The position numbers and the translations under genes are program-made. Positions 22,761-35,905 of a stretch of DNA of 55,603 nucleotides are shown piece after piece. Source of the stretch: Octopus sinensis (Eukaryota). Location: contig NW_021833705.1 of assembly GCF_006345805.1 (NCBI RefSeq), positions 1-55,603 on the forward strand, read 5' to 3'. The stretch's first letter is position 1. Each line of letters starts with the position of its first letter. A model generated the notes under the pieces. It searched no databases, was not told the origin of the DNA, and saw only the letters and a program-made list of their open reading frames with translations.

Positions 22761-23579
22761 TATATATATATATTATATATATATATATATATATATGCAT
22801 ATACACATATGTATATGCACATACTTACATCTCTACGTATATATATATATATATGCATATGTGGGCACAGGACGTCATGAAACATGTACAATAAAATAAC
22901 TGATGAAGCCTTCTGGCTTCACAGACCCCAGTAGAACCATCCAACCCATGCTAGCATGGAAAACAGACGCTAAACGATGATGATGATGATGATGAAGTAC
23001 GAGTACATGGAATATGAAGTACTTTTTCAAACAACGAAAGACACAAATGGAAAACAAAACAAACAACATAAAGAACGACCCTTCATCAGTTGTTTGCTGT
23101 TTTTCTATTCTTGTATTTCAAGCATTTAACAACAATATACGCTTTTGATAAAACTGTTGTTCCTGCAAAGCAAATTAAAGAAAATTTGGGATTTTGGCAG
23201 AAAAATATATAATCCTTATGAACTTACATGAGTCATGAGGCTACCTGAACTCCAGGACAGAAGCCATGGGGAGTTGTCCATATTTTCAGAAATTTTTACT
23301 TCAAAATCAGAGAACCTAGTTATCAAGCGAAGGAAGACAGCTTACCTGGCGATAATTTTTTAAGAGAAATATATCTTGAACTATTGCCAGCGTTCTTGTG
23401 TTTTAAAAAAACATTCTTTGCAGAGAACAGTTATTATTTAGAGAAACTGAAGAGATGTCTAGTTCACGCTAGACATGAAACCAATGGTTTTTTACTAAAA
23501 CTGTTACTTTACGCATACAAATATATATACTGTGTATATATATATATATATATATATACATATATACATGCACACACAC

Positions 23580-23810
23580 GATAGATTGTTAGCCACTACA
23601 CACAATTTTTCTCTTGTTGCTTCTCTCCTTGTTTCTCTCCTTTTTTCCTCTCCTTGTTTCTCTCCTTGATTTTTCTGTGTCCCTTTCTGTAGGAGAGCGT
23701 AAGCTTGAAACGTAAAAGACTTTTTCGATTTCTGAGCATTATACTAACATCTGTTTGTTTTGTACACCACCTGTCTTCGTCTTTTGTTTTTTTGCGTAAA
23801 CTCTCCCTAT
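23580..23810 (+). mobile_element. (TA)n-flanked PLE-like terminal fragment with hammerhead-like motif at 23683-23718
   Basis: CUUU-CUGUAGGA-GAGC GUAA GCUU-GAAACGUA-AAAG; non-canonical core; related 3' half at ~49775-49800 (minus, GCTCCGCTCGAAACATT). Confidence 0.5.
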
Positions 23811-24924
23811 ATATATATATATATATATACATACATGCACACTTATATATTAGTTTGTGACACTGAATAAATTTAATAAAAGCATCTAAATATGAAACAT
23901 CATGAAAATTGTTCAAACTGAAGTCCTTCTTGAGTGACACATTTTTCCATTCGAGTCAATACAGAATTACAAATAGTATTTATGGAATTTGGATTTACTG
24001 TTGGACGACTTTTAGCCAACCTTGTATATTAGGAATATCCTGGGCATGTTAGGTTAGTAATACACATCCACAGAATGTAGAATGTATTAAATTCACTCAG
24101 AAGATATATTAAACTCACTCACAATAAGAAACTAATATTTTTTCTCTGTCGCTATAAAAGTGCATGGCATTCGTTCTGAGACAGCAACATACACCATAGC
24201 TAGTTGCACCATATCAGCTCTGGGCGGTTGGCTCGATAATAAGAGAATGATTAGAATAAGAAATGAAGGGGAGTAACATTCCACCAACATGCATCCAGCA
24301 TTTATTTTCACGGTGAGAAGTCGGATGTATAACTTCATTGGAAATTCATTAACAGAAACTAATTGTCTTTATAATAATTCTTTTCTAGCAATATCATGAT
24401 ACAATCTGGCCATAATTTGTTTTCAAATCTAATCATACACACTGAGAAACAAAGATTAAATCTGGTCGAAGTCTGAAACTATTTGCATAACAATATCAGC
24501 TGGTGTTTACAACAGAGCTGATATACAACTGAATTAAGCAAGCACAATTATCTGCTGTTTTTAATTTGGAATTTATGCATAAAATAAAATTCATTTCTTA
24601 TTTTGCAATTTATACAATTTATGGAATATTAGAAATTCTGTTTATATTAGAAAATTCTGCATGGTAATTTATCAAATTTGCAATTTGTATAGGAATTGCT
24701 TAAAATTTGGATGTTTTATTTTTGAATGATATGTGAGAGTAAATAGGTGCAGAAAGGTAGCACGGTGCACTGCGTGAGACATTAACCACTATATGCCCAC
24801 TATATGTCACTGATGCATGTGCATGCGTGTGTGGTGTGTGCATGTGTGTGTTTGTGTGTGTGTGGTGTGTGTGCATGCATTTGTGTGTTTGTGTTAGTGC
24901 GCACATTTGTGAGTTTGTGTGTGT

Positions 24925-25298
24925 GCATCATCATTGTCATCATCGTCATCGTCACTATCGTTGTCGTTGTCGTCGTCGACATCATCAGCAGTAGTAGTAG
25001 CAGTATCAGCATCATCATCGTCGTTGTTGTTGTTGTTGTCATCGTCATCATCATTGTCGTCATCATCATCATCACCGTCGCCGTTGTCATGGTGGTCATC
25101 ATTATCATCATCAAAATCATCATCGTCATCATTATCATCATCATCATCATTATTGTCATCATTATCACCGTCATCATCATCATCATCATCATCCTCATCA
25201 TCATCGTCATCGTCGTCGTTGTTGTCATTGTCATCATCATCATCATCACCACCATTGCTGTTGTCAACATAGTCATCATTATCATCATCATCATCATC
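24925..25298. repeat. (CAT/CGT)n tract preceded by (TG)n
   Basis: Direct reading. Confidence 0.95.
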
Positions 25299-25423
25299 AA
25301 AATCTGGCTGCTACTGTTGCAAATTTATCAATGATGTGCTGGATGCCCATGAGTGTCTGAAAAACTTGAGCACAATCATTTCCAAACAGTAAGTCATATT
25401 TTCTGAGATGTAACTTTAGTCTT

Positions 25424-25630
25424 TCAGTTCTATATTTAAAAGATGAGGAATTATGTACATTATTTACATTATTTACATTTGATGGATATTTGTCCTCATC
25501 TTGTTTGTTGTTAATACAACGATTCGGCTGATATACCCTCCAGACTTCTTCAGGTGTCTTGGAGAAATTTCGAACCTGGGCTCTCATTCCTAAGGTATTT
25601 TTCAATGTTGCTGTTGTTATTATCATCATG

Positions 25631-25662
<32 letters not shown>

Positions 25663-25695
25663 AGTCACTGCCTGGAATTAAGCTCGGAATCTTGG
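25424..25695 (-). mobile_element. Family H SINE-hammerhead copy 2 (5'-truncated; HHR 25513-25558)
   Basis: Minus strand ..TTCCAGGCAGTGAC (AAT)n CATTGAAAAATACCTTAGGAATGAG..GACAC-CTGAAGA-AGTCTG..CAGCC-GAAT-CGTT-GTATT. Confidence 0.8.
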
Positions 25696-25712
25696 CATAG
25701 TAGTTAAGAGCA

Positions 25713-25782
25713 GGCATATGTCGTAGGGGTTAAGAGCACAGGCTACTAATCCCAAGATTCCAAATTTGATTCCAGGCAGTGA

Positions 25783-25816
<34 letters not shown>

Positions 25817-26261
25817 CATAATAATAATAATAATCATAATAATCATAATAATAATAATAATCATCATCGTTATCTTCATCATCGTTTAGCGTCCGCTTTG
25901 CATGCTGGCATGGGTTGGACGGTTCAACTGGGGTCTGGGAAGCCAGAAGGCTGCACCAGGCCCAGTCTGATCTGGCAATGTTTCTTCGGCTGGATGCGCT
26001 TCCTAACGCCAACCACTCCATGAGTGTAGTGGGTATTTTTTACATGCCACCGGCACAGGTGTCAGACGAGGCTGGCAAACGGCCACGATCGGATGGTGCT
26101 TTTCATGTGCCACCGGCACGGAAGCCAGTCGGGGCGGCACTGGCAACAGCCACGTTCGGATGGTTCTCTTATGTGCCACCCGCATTGGTATCACAGCTAC
26201 AATTTCCATTGATGTTGATCGATTTTGATTTTGATTTTCAATAATAATAATAATAATAATA

Positions 26262-26299
<38 letters not shown>

Positions 26300-26461
26300 A
26301 ATAATAATAATAAACATTGAAAAATACCTTAGGAATGAGAACCTAGGTTCTAAATTTCTCCAAGACACCTGATGAAGGCTGGAGAGTATATCAGCCGAAA
26401 CGTATTAACAACAAACAAGATGATGACAAATATCTTTCAAATGTAAATAATGTAAATAATG
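25713..26461 (+). mobile_element. Family H SINE-hammerhead copy 3 (HHR 26364-26409), with a family D element (25862-26240, minus) inserted in its (AAT)n
   Basis: Head GGCATATGTCGTAGGGGTTAAGAG..TTTGATTCCAGGCAGTGACC; GACAC-CTGATGA-A-GGCTG GAGAGTATAT CAGCC-GAAACGTA. Confidence 0.82.
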
Positions 26462-26871
26462 AACTTTAGTCTTTGCTTTGAATCGCTGTTGGTTGAAGAT
26501 GCCACTTGTTGTTTAACGTTCAAGCACCCTCTTCTACAGCAGAAAAGGTACAATCCAGTATTACTGCAAAAAATAGTGCAAATAAGCAGAGTGGATGAAG
26601 GAAAATGTGAATTAAAGTGTCTCATTTAAAGACACAATGCACTATCAAGACTTGAACTCATGACCTGACAGTTGTGGGTCAAACACCTTAACCACTAAGC
26701 CATGCACCTTCACACACACACACACCACACACACACACTCACACACACATACACTCACAGATAGACAGAGAGATAGATAGAAAGATAGATAAATAGATAG
26801 ATAGGTAGACAGATACATAGACAGACAGACAGATAGACAGACAGAAAGCCAGATATATATATATATATCTA

Positions 26872-27150
26872 GCCCAGTGGTTAGGGCAGCGGACTCGCGG
26901 TTGTAGGATCGCGGTTTCGATTCCCAGACCGGGCGTTGTGAGTGTTTATTGAGCAAAAACACCTAAAAGCTCCACAAGGCTCCAGCAGGGGTGGTGGTGA
27001 TCCCTGCTGTACTCTTTCACCACTCTTTCTCTCACTCTTTCTTCTGTTGGCCTGCTTGCTTAGCCAGTGGGGTGGTGTCATCCGAACGTTAAAAAACGCA
27101 TTATGACTAGTGATGTGTAGCAACATCTGATAGTCTGGTCGGTCACGTGA
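26872..27150 (+). mobile_element. SINE family C amid (CA), (ATAG), (TA) and (GGAT) microsatellites
   Basis: Family match. Confidence 0.85.
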
Positions 27151-27153
27151 TAT

Positions 27154-27210
<57 letters not shown>

Positions 27211-27742
27211 TGGATGGATGGATGGATGGATGGATGGATGGATGGATGGATGGATGGATGGATGAGTTTCTTTATTGGCCACACAGGGCTGCACACAGAT
27301 GGGACAAGTTACAAGGTAGAGCTTTTCTTTTTAGGGATGAAAAAAACAAAAAACAAAAGAAACAAACAAAAAAAAATAAAAAGGGGAGGCATAGGTTTTC
27401 GATCAAGAGGGATCGTAAAAGGGAAGAAAAGAACCAAAAAAAAAAATAGATAGATAGATAGATAGACAGATAGATAGATAGAGAGAGAGAAAGAGAAGTA
27501 GATAAATAGAGAGATAGATAAATAGATAAGGAGACAGACAACAGACAGATAGATTAAATGCTTTTTTCTAGATGAGAAACTCAAAGTAATGTAGTATATG
27601 ATTCTCATTGGAAAATGTCTTCAGACAAAATAATAGCAATAAATATCTTGGAAACTCTAATGGAGGGATATGTTTTCCATTTCTTTCTCACTGGTTTTTA
27701 AATTATTGGCTGCAACAGCCTCTTTACAACAAACATCTCTCA

Positions 27743-28873
27743 TTAACCCTTTCATTACTGTATTTCTGTCGAGATGCTCTATGTTTCTCTCAATTATTTT
27801 AGATATAACAAAGAATTTAGTAAAATAACTTAGTTATCATCAAGCTAGTGTTAGGAACATAAATTGTGACTAAGGTTTGGTGGAAGATTTTAATTCAAAA
27901 CTTATGAAAACAAGACATTTGTACTCAGAGCCAGGTTGGTAACAAAAGGGTTAAAGTAATCATTTGTTAACCCTTTTGTTACCATATTTGTTTTGAGATG
28001 CTCTGTGTTTCTTTCAATTAATTTTAAATATAACAAAGAATTTAGTAAAATAACTTAGTCATCATTCAGCTAGTGTTAGGAACATAAATTGTGACTAAGG
28101 TTTGGTGGAAGATTTTAATTCACAACTTATGAAAACAAGACATTTGAACTACAGAGCCAGAGCTGGTTTCAGCCAGGTTGGTAACAAAAGGGTTAAATTA
28201 ATCATTTGTTAACCCTTTTGTTACCATATTTCTGTTGAAATGTTCTGTGTTTCTTTCAATTACTTTAAATATAACAAAATATTTAGTAAAATAACTTAGT
28301 TATCATTCAGCTAGTGTTAGGAACATAAATTGTGACTAAGGTTTGGTGGAAGATTTTAATTCAGAACTTATGAAAACAAGACATTTGTACTACAGAGCCA
28401 GAGCTGGTTTCAGCCAGGTTGGTAACAAAAGGGTTAAATTAATCATTTGTTAACCCTTTTGTTACCATATTTGTTTTGAGATGCTCTGTGTTTCTTTCAA
28501 TTAATTTTAAATATAACAAAATATTTAGTAAAATAACTTAGCTATCATTAAGCTAGTGTTAGGAACATAAATTGTGACTATGGTTTGGTGGAAGATTTTA
28601 ATTCAGAACTTATGAAAATAAGACATTTGTACTCAGAGACAGTTTCTGCCAGGTTGGTATCAAAAGGGTTAAATTAATTATTTGTTAACCCTTTCGTTAC
28701 CATAAATATTACAAAGAATTTAGTAAAATAACTTAATCATCATTAAGCTAGTGATAGGAGCATAAATTGTGACTAAGGATTGGTGAAAGATTTTAATTCA
28801 GAACTTATGAAAACAAGACATTTGTACTCAGATCCAGAGCCAGTTTCTGCTGGGCTGGTAACGAAAGGGTTAA
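27743..28873 (+). mobile_element. Tandem array of 5 TTAA-flanked MITE units
   Basis: Same unit and essentially the same 12-bp linker as 15631-16556. Confidence 0.88.
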
Positions 28874-28939
28874 TATAATCTTGGTCTGCCAATGACTTGA
28901 ATGTAAATTCTTAAATTGACAGTTTGTTTTCTTTGTCAG

Positions 28940-29100
28940 CAACTACCTAACAGCAGACAAGCAGTCATCAACAGATGTGCATTATGTCAGTCAACCTCTT
29001 TCGGGTGAACGAAATGGTGCAAAAAAGCCATTCTTTTGCAAAGACATGTTGGCATCAACAGACATGCCTATGTCATCACCTATTGAACCAATCAACCGAG
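28940..29100 (+). CDS. Candidate internal exon (NYLTADKQSSTDVHYVSQPLSGERNGAKKPFFCKDMLASTDMPMSSPIEPINR), product unknown
   Basis: Polypyrimidine TTTGTTTTCTTTGTCAG acceptor, open frame over 161 nt, GAG|GTACAT donor, higher GC than flanks; no recognisable domain. Confidence 0.3.
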
Positions 29101-30109
29101 GTACATGTTTCATCAACAAACATGTTTATATTATCATTTCTTTTTAATTAATCTGTGACTCAGAAGGATGTTGTATTTAATGAGTCTTGCCTTTAAGCAA
29201 TGGCATTATAAAAGAGCTCACCAGAAGGGATAAATGTATTCAGATGCATGGAATCTATTGCAGAAGCAAAATAGCTACATGAATAAAACCATGAGATATT
29301 AATTCCTAGGTCGTAAAATGTAATCTGCTTGTGTTGCTGTGGGTATAATTGATTAGATGAACACCAGAATTACTTCATCAACACATGTAGGAAAAAAGAT
29401 GAAGAGGGTCAAAATAACGACAAGGAACATTTGAACTCAGAAATTAAAAGGATTTCACTAAGTTACAGGTTTGGTTGTGTGGTAAGAAGTTGCTTCCCAA
29501 CTTCATGGCTCTGGGTTCAGCCCCACTACACAGCAGTGTCTTCTACTATAATCTCGAGGAGACCAAAGCCTTGTGAGTGAAGATGGAAACTAAAAGAAGC
29601 CCATTATGTGTGAGTATATATATATATATATTTATATATATACCATCATCATCATCATCAATATCCCTCTGTATGGTACCTTGGGCAAGTTTTTTCTGTC
29701 TTAGCTCCAGGAAAACCAAAGCTTTGTGGGTGGATTTGATAAGCAGAAAGTGAAAGAAACTTGTAGTAGATATATATGTGGGGGGGGGGGGGTGCATGTT
29801 TATGTGTGTGTGTGCATGAGTGTGTGCATGTGCGTGTGTGTGTGTGGGTGGTGTTACTGTCTCCTTACTTTGACATTGCATGACAATTGTAAATGCCATG
29901 GAACCTGTGTCCTTCATTTCAAATCTTCTGTGAAAACATGTCCTGTTACGGGGAAATATTACCTTACTGGAAACAGACGAGGGTTGGCAACAGGAAGGAC
30001 ATCCAGCCATGGAAGATCTGCCTGAACAAATTCTCTCCAACCCATGCAAGCACAGAAAAGTGGACATTAAAATGAGGATGATGAATTATTAAATACAAAC
30101 TACATTATG

Positions 30110-30470
30110 AAAATCAAATCAAATCGCAATCAAATGGAAATTGTAGTTGTGCTCCCCATGCCAGTGGCATGTAAAAGGCACCATCTGAATGTGGCCGATG
30201 CCAGCACCGCCTTGACTGGCTTCTATGCCAGTGGCAAGTAAAAAGAGCAATCTGATTGTGGTCGATGCCATCCCCTGTGGCCCCTGTTCTGGTGGCTCAT
30301 AAAAAAACCACCCACTACACTCTTGGGGTGGTTGGCATTAGGAAGGGCATCCAGCTGTAGAAACAGTGCAGATAAGACTGGAGCCTGGTGCAGCCTCCTG
30401 GCTTCCGAGACCCCAGTCAAACCGTCCAACCCATACCAGCATGGAAAACGGATGTTAAACGATGATGATC
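30110..30470 (+). mobile_element. Family D retroposon
   Basis: Family match, (GAT)n tail. Confidence 0.82.
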
Positions 30471-31409
30471 ATCATCATTATCGTCATCATCAGTATCATT
30501 TATTGAAATATTCACAAATACGAATTGTTATAAATTAAGTGAAGATAGGATTTTGGATTGACAGAATATTATGACACAAGTGAAAACATCATTTTAAGTA
30601 GTCTTAATACCTGATGCCTTCAGCAGAATTTTCTCTAAAAACAAATTATTGTAGAGGCAAGATTGTTTTAGGATAAGACAAAATGAGAAAGGAATATTTG
30701 CATTTTTGAGCATTCGGCAGTTTCAAATATCTCTGGACAAATTATAATTGTAGTTCTATAAGGTTTCTTGCTTCTAGTTTAATGATAAATCTCAACCATT
30801 ATCCAAAGACATTTACACTGAGAATATTAATTTCATTGGACAAGTGCTTAACAACTACTACAACAACAACAACAACAGCAACAACAATGAAAATAAATAT
30901 TTAAACGGAAAGAAAAAGAAAGTAGCTGCTGAAAAATATTTTAATTATTGAAATGTATTAAAGTTGATAGAAATGAAATATACCCATTCCGTATGCTAAT
31001 TATTTTCTGGCAAGATGAAAGATTCAACAACACAAACAGGTTTAAAATGTTCAAATATATTAATGTTTTAAATATTTTTGGCAATAGTTTGAAAACGATT
31101 AATAAAATCTAATATAACTGTAATATAATATAAACATAATTTAGCATTTGTTTGTTGCCGTTGTTTTTATGTATTATTTTTTGTTTTTGTTTTTTCTTAT
31201 TGATTAACTTCATTATAATGGAAAATGGATTATTAGTTAAATGACTTCAACACTTCAAAATATAGCCTCGTTCAAAAATATATACAATTCCATTTATGTT
31301 TACATAGCAGAATATTGAATGAAACAAGAGATGGTTTTTCAATAATATTTTCGATTGAGATACAGTATACAGAATACCACAAACTGTGCCTTGCAGCCTA
31401 TCTTTCTCT

Positions 31410-31841
31410 ACTCTCTTTACTCTTTTACTTGTTTCAGTCATTTGACTGAGGCCATGCTGGAGCACCACCTTTAGTCAAGCAAATCGACCCCAGGACTTAT
31501 TCTTTGTAAACATAGTACTTATTCTAATCTTTTATTCTTTTATTCTATTCTTTAATCTTAGTACTTATTCTATTCTTTTGCCGAATTGCTAAGTTACAGG
31601 GATGTAAACACACCAGCATCGGTTGTCAAGCAAAGCTAGGGGGACAAACACAGACACACAAACACACACACATATATATGTATACATATATACGACGGGC
31701 TTCTTTCAGTTTCCGTCTACCAAATCCACTCACAAGGCTTTGGTTGGCTCAAGGCTATAGAAGACACTTGCCCAAGGTGCCATGCAGTGGGACTGAACCC
31801 GGAACCATGTGGTTGGTAAGCAAGCTGCTTAGCACATTGTT

Positions 31842-31880
<39 letters not shown>

Positions 31881-32655
31881 CACACATACGACGGGCTTCT
31901 TTCAGTTTCCGTTTACCAAATCCACGCACAAGGCTTTGGTTGGCCCGAGGCTATAGTAGAAGACACTTGCCCAAGGTGCCATGCTGTGGGACTGAACCCG
32001 GAACCATGTAGTTGGTAAGCAAGCTACTTACCACACAGCCACTCCTGTGCCTCTGAGCAATTTTATTATGGCTAGAAATCACAAATGTAAGGAGAATAAG
32101 TGAAGTAGCAATAATCTTTTCTACTATAGGCACAAGGCCTGAAATTTTGGGGGAGGGGTCCCGTTGATTAGCTCAACCCCTGTATGCAACTGGTACTTAT
32201 TTTATTGACCCCCAAAAGGATGAAAGGCAAAGTTGACCTCGGCAGAATTTGAACTCAGAATGTAGCAACAGGCGAAATGCCGCAAGCATTTTGCCTGGTG
32301 TGCTAATGATTCTGCCAGCTTGCCCCCTTACAAGTGAAACAGAAATAATACAATGTAGAATTGAACCTGTGTCACAGAATTTGGGGGTTTTTCACTACTG
32401 TTTGGGGATCACTTCTTTGAAGATAAATTCATCTTAGATTCTAACCCATAGAAAACTATTCTTTTATTCTTTTGCTGTATGCTGGAGCACTGCCTTAAGT
32501 TGAACAAACCAACCCCAGGACTTATTCATTGTAAGCCTAGTATTTATTCTATCAGTTTCTTTTGCTGAACTGCTAAGTTACAGGGACATAAACACATCAG
32601 CATCGGTTGTCAAGTGATGGAGGGGGACAAACACAGACACAAAAACATACATACT

Positions 32656-32688
<33 letters not shown>

Positions 32689-34505
32689 GACAGGCTTCTT
32701 TCAGTTTTCTTATTTCTTTACTGCCCACAAGGGGCTACACACAGAGGGGACAAATAAGGACAAACAAATGGATTAGTCGATTAGATCGACCCCAGTGCGT
32801 AACTGGTACTTATTTAATCGACTCTGAAAGGATGAAAGGCAAAGTCGACCTCAGTGGAATTTGAACTCAGAACATAATGGCAGACAAAACGGTGCTAAGC
32901 ATTTCGTCCTGTGTGCTAACGTTTCTGCTAGCTCACCGCTTTCTTTCAGTTTCCATCTACCAAATCCACTCACAAGGCTTTGGTCAGTCTGAGGCTGTGG
33001 CAGAAGACACTTGTCCAAGATTCCACACAGTGGGACTGAAACCAGAACCATGTAGTTGGTAAGCATGCTACTTACCACACAGCCACTCCTGCACCTACAG
33101 GAATCGAACCTTCAGAATAATTAACCTACCAGTTTAATAAAACTAGACAAATCAGAAGAAAAAAGAATATAATTTTCATAAGGCCTTTTCATTTTTCATA
33201 TACACTTACTCTTTTACTCTTTTACTTGTTTCAGTCATTTGACTGCGGCCATGCTGGAGCACCACCTTTAATCGAGCAACTCGACCCCGGGACTTATTCT
33301 TTTGTAAGCCCAGTACTTATTCTATCGGTCTCTTTTGCCGAACCGCTAAGTAACGGGGACATAAACACACCAGCATCGGTTGTCAAGCAATGCTAGGGGG
33401 ACAAACACAGACACACAAACATATACACACACATACATATATATATATACAGCCACTCCTGCACCTATATGTATGGATATACATAAATACACACACACAT
33501 GATATATATATGATATAATGTATCAATGTAAGATCCAAAGATCAAAGTGCAGGAAGAAAGTGAGCTTCAAGCAATCCATAGAAAATATAAAAAAACAACT
33601 TTCAGGAAAAAATAGTGGTTTATTGATGCAGAAAGTTGTGAATTTTTCCCATATCGAGTAGCCTGCAGTATATACCTCACTTGGATATTTACTACTTCTG
33701 AGGTCCTGCTCACTATGAAACATATGTAGCCCACATTTTATCAACTCCATTCCTTAACTTTTGGATTAGTATAATATGATATACTCTTTTACTTGTTTCA
33801 GTCATTTGACTGCGGCCATGCTGGAGCACCGCCTTTAATCAAGCAACTCGACCCCGGGACTTATTCTTTTGTAAGCCCAGTACTTATTCTATCGGTCTCT
33901 TTTGCCGAACCGCTAAGTAACGGGGACATAAACACACCAGCATCGGTTGTCAAGCAATGCTAGGGGGACAAACACAGACACACAAACACACACACGCATA
34001 TATATATACATATATACGACGGGCTTCTTTCAGTTTTCGTCTACCAAATCCACTCACAAGACATTGGTCGGCCCGGGGCTATAGCAGAAGACACTTGCCC
34101 AAGGTGCCATGCAGTGGGACTGAACCCGGAACCATGTGGTTGGTAAACAAGCTACTTACCACACAGCCACTCTATAATCTTTTCTACTCTAGGTACCAAG
34201 CCCGAAATTTTTTGGGGAAAGGGAGCAGTCGATTACCTTGACCCCAGTATGCAACTGGTACTTAATTTATCGACCCTAAAAGGATGAAAGGCAAAGTCAA
34301 CCTCGGTGGAATTTGAACCCAAAACATAAAGACAGGCGAAATACTGCTAAGCATTTCGCCTGGAATGTTAACATTTCTGCCAGCTCACTGCCTTATATTC
34401 ATTTCTGTTCTAGGCACAAGGCCCGAAATTTATGGGGAGGAGGGGCAGTCAATTAGATCGACCCCAGTATGCATCTGGTACTTAATTCATCGACCCTAAA
34501 AGGAT
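31410..34505 (-). mobile_element. Dense minus-strand SINE cluster: family A (31410-31830, 31888-32051, 32460-33096, 33207-33466, 33782-34172) and family B (32115-32325, 32711-32939 nested, 34178-34392, 34405-34505)
   Basis: Family matches; the nested B copy has TSD TTCTTTCAGTTT (32696-32707 / 32941-32952). Confidence 0.88.
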
Positions 34506-34556
34506 GCATGTGTGTGTGTATGTATGTATGTATGTTTGTATGTATATATGTATGTA

Positions 34557-34935
34557 CACTTGCGTCAGAAATTAATTAGCACTTCTCAAATTTCTACATT
34601 AAATAGGTTAAATCAATTAACCTATGAGCTGTTCAAAACGTCTTACGCGATGAGAAAACTTAGTATGGTGTGTTTCGGTCCTTGCGAGGCGCTACCTATA
34701 TCTATTAAACAAAGGAAGATTTGTCTGCATCCGCACTCCAAGTTGTTGTTGCACTGCTATGTCAACATCATAAGGCTGTAGACTCTCAAACTGCTCTGCA
34801 AACAAAGTTACGTCATCGTTCTGCGCAACAGTGAACTCGCAACGAAGCAATAGTTCGAGATATGGCCACTAGGTGACAGCACATACCTTGAGTGAAGAGC
34901 AAATCAAGGGTGCTAATTAATTTCTGACGGTAGTG
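34557..34935. mobile_element. Tc1/mariner-type MITE with 26-bp TIRs and TA TSD
   Basis: TA-CACTTGCGTCAGAAATTAATTAGCAC ... GTGCTAATTAATTTCTGACGGTAGTG-TA (2 mismatches). Confidence 0.88.
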
Positions 34936-34959
34936 TATGCTTGTATGTATGTATATATA

Positions 34960-35189
34960 TTTCTTTACTACCCACAAGGGGCTAAACACAGAGGGGACAA
35001 ACAAGGACAGACAAAGGGATTAAGTCGATTACATAGATCCCAGTGCGAAACTGGTACTTTATTTATCGACAGCAGAAAGGATGAAAGGCAAAGTCGACCT
35101 CGGCGGAATTTGAACTCAGAACGTAACGGCAGACAAAATACGGCTACGCATTTCGCCCGGTGTGCTAACGTTTCTACCAGCTCGCCACC
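34960..35189 (-). mobile_element. SINE family B
   Basis: Full-length family match inside (TATG)n. Confidence 0.88.
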
Positions 35190-35905
35190 TTATGTATGTA
35201 TGTATATATGTATGTATGTATGTATATATGTATGTATATATGTATGTATGCTTGTATGTATGTATGTATGTATGTATATATGTATTTATGTATGTATGTG
35301 TGTATGTATGTAATTATGTGTGTATGTATGTATGTATGAACGCATGTGTGTATGTAGCAAGTAACGTGATAAGGCATTGAAAAATGGATACTTTATGTTA
35401 AAGCCAAAAAAGTACTAACCAAGTATAATAGATTAAAGTCTAACTGGTGGGGTGGAGTTGGGGGCGGGGCGTGTTCAACCATTGTTACAAATATCCTGCT
35501 GGGTGTTCATATATTTATGCTAATACATGTGGAACATTAAAGAGAGAGAGAGGGTTTATCAGCATGACTGCAAAAGCATGGGATAATATGTTGACCTGTT
35601 AAACACGCTTATAAATCTTATGTAAATATCATGAGTAGGCAGGTTCAAAAGGTTCAGAGTCCATTGCTTAGATTCTGTTCCATAGTGATTAGCAGACGTG
35701 AGATAACTGCTTCTGTTCGCCTAGATCAAATGCCAGTCCATTGCAGAATAGATTCCTAGATTATTGTGTGACTGTTTTAGACGGCAGCCGGGGAGAAGTA
35801 AGTACATTGCTTTGGAAATGTGTGCCTTGCTTAAGTAGACATTCCAACAAAATGTCTGTGTCTCACAATGGCAATTTCCATCTAGCAGCTATCACTTGGT
35901 CATCT

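Noticed and set aside
23040-23130. CTGATGAAGGG on the minus strand as another hammerhead
   Set aside because: No correctly placed stem II and GAAA downstream could be built.
24132-24338. Signal-peptide-like ORF (MLVECYSPSFLILIILLLSSQPPRAD) with a GTATGT donor
   Set aside because: No compatible downstream exon with a recognisable domain was found; hydrophobic runs arise easily in AT-rich DNA.
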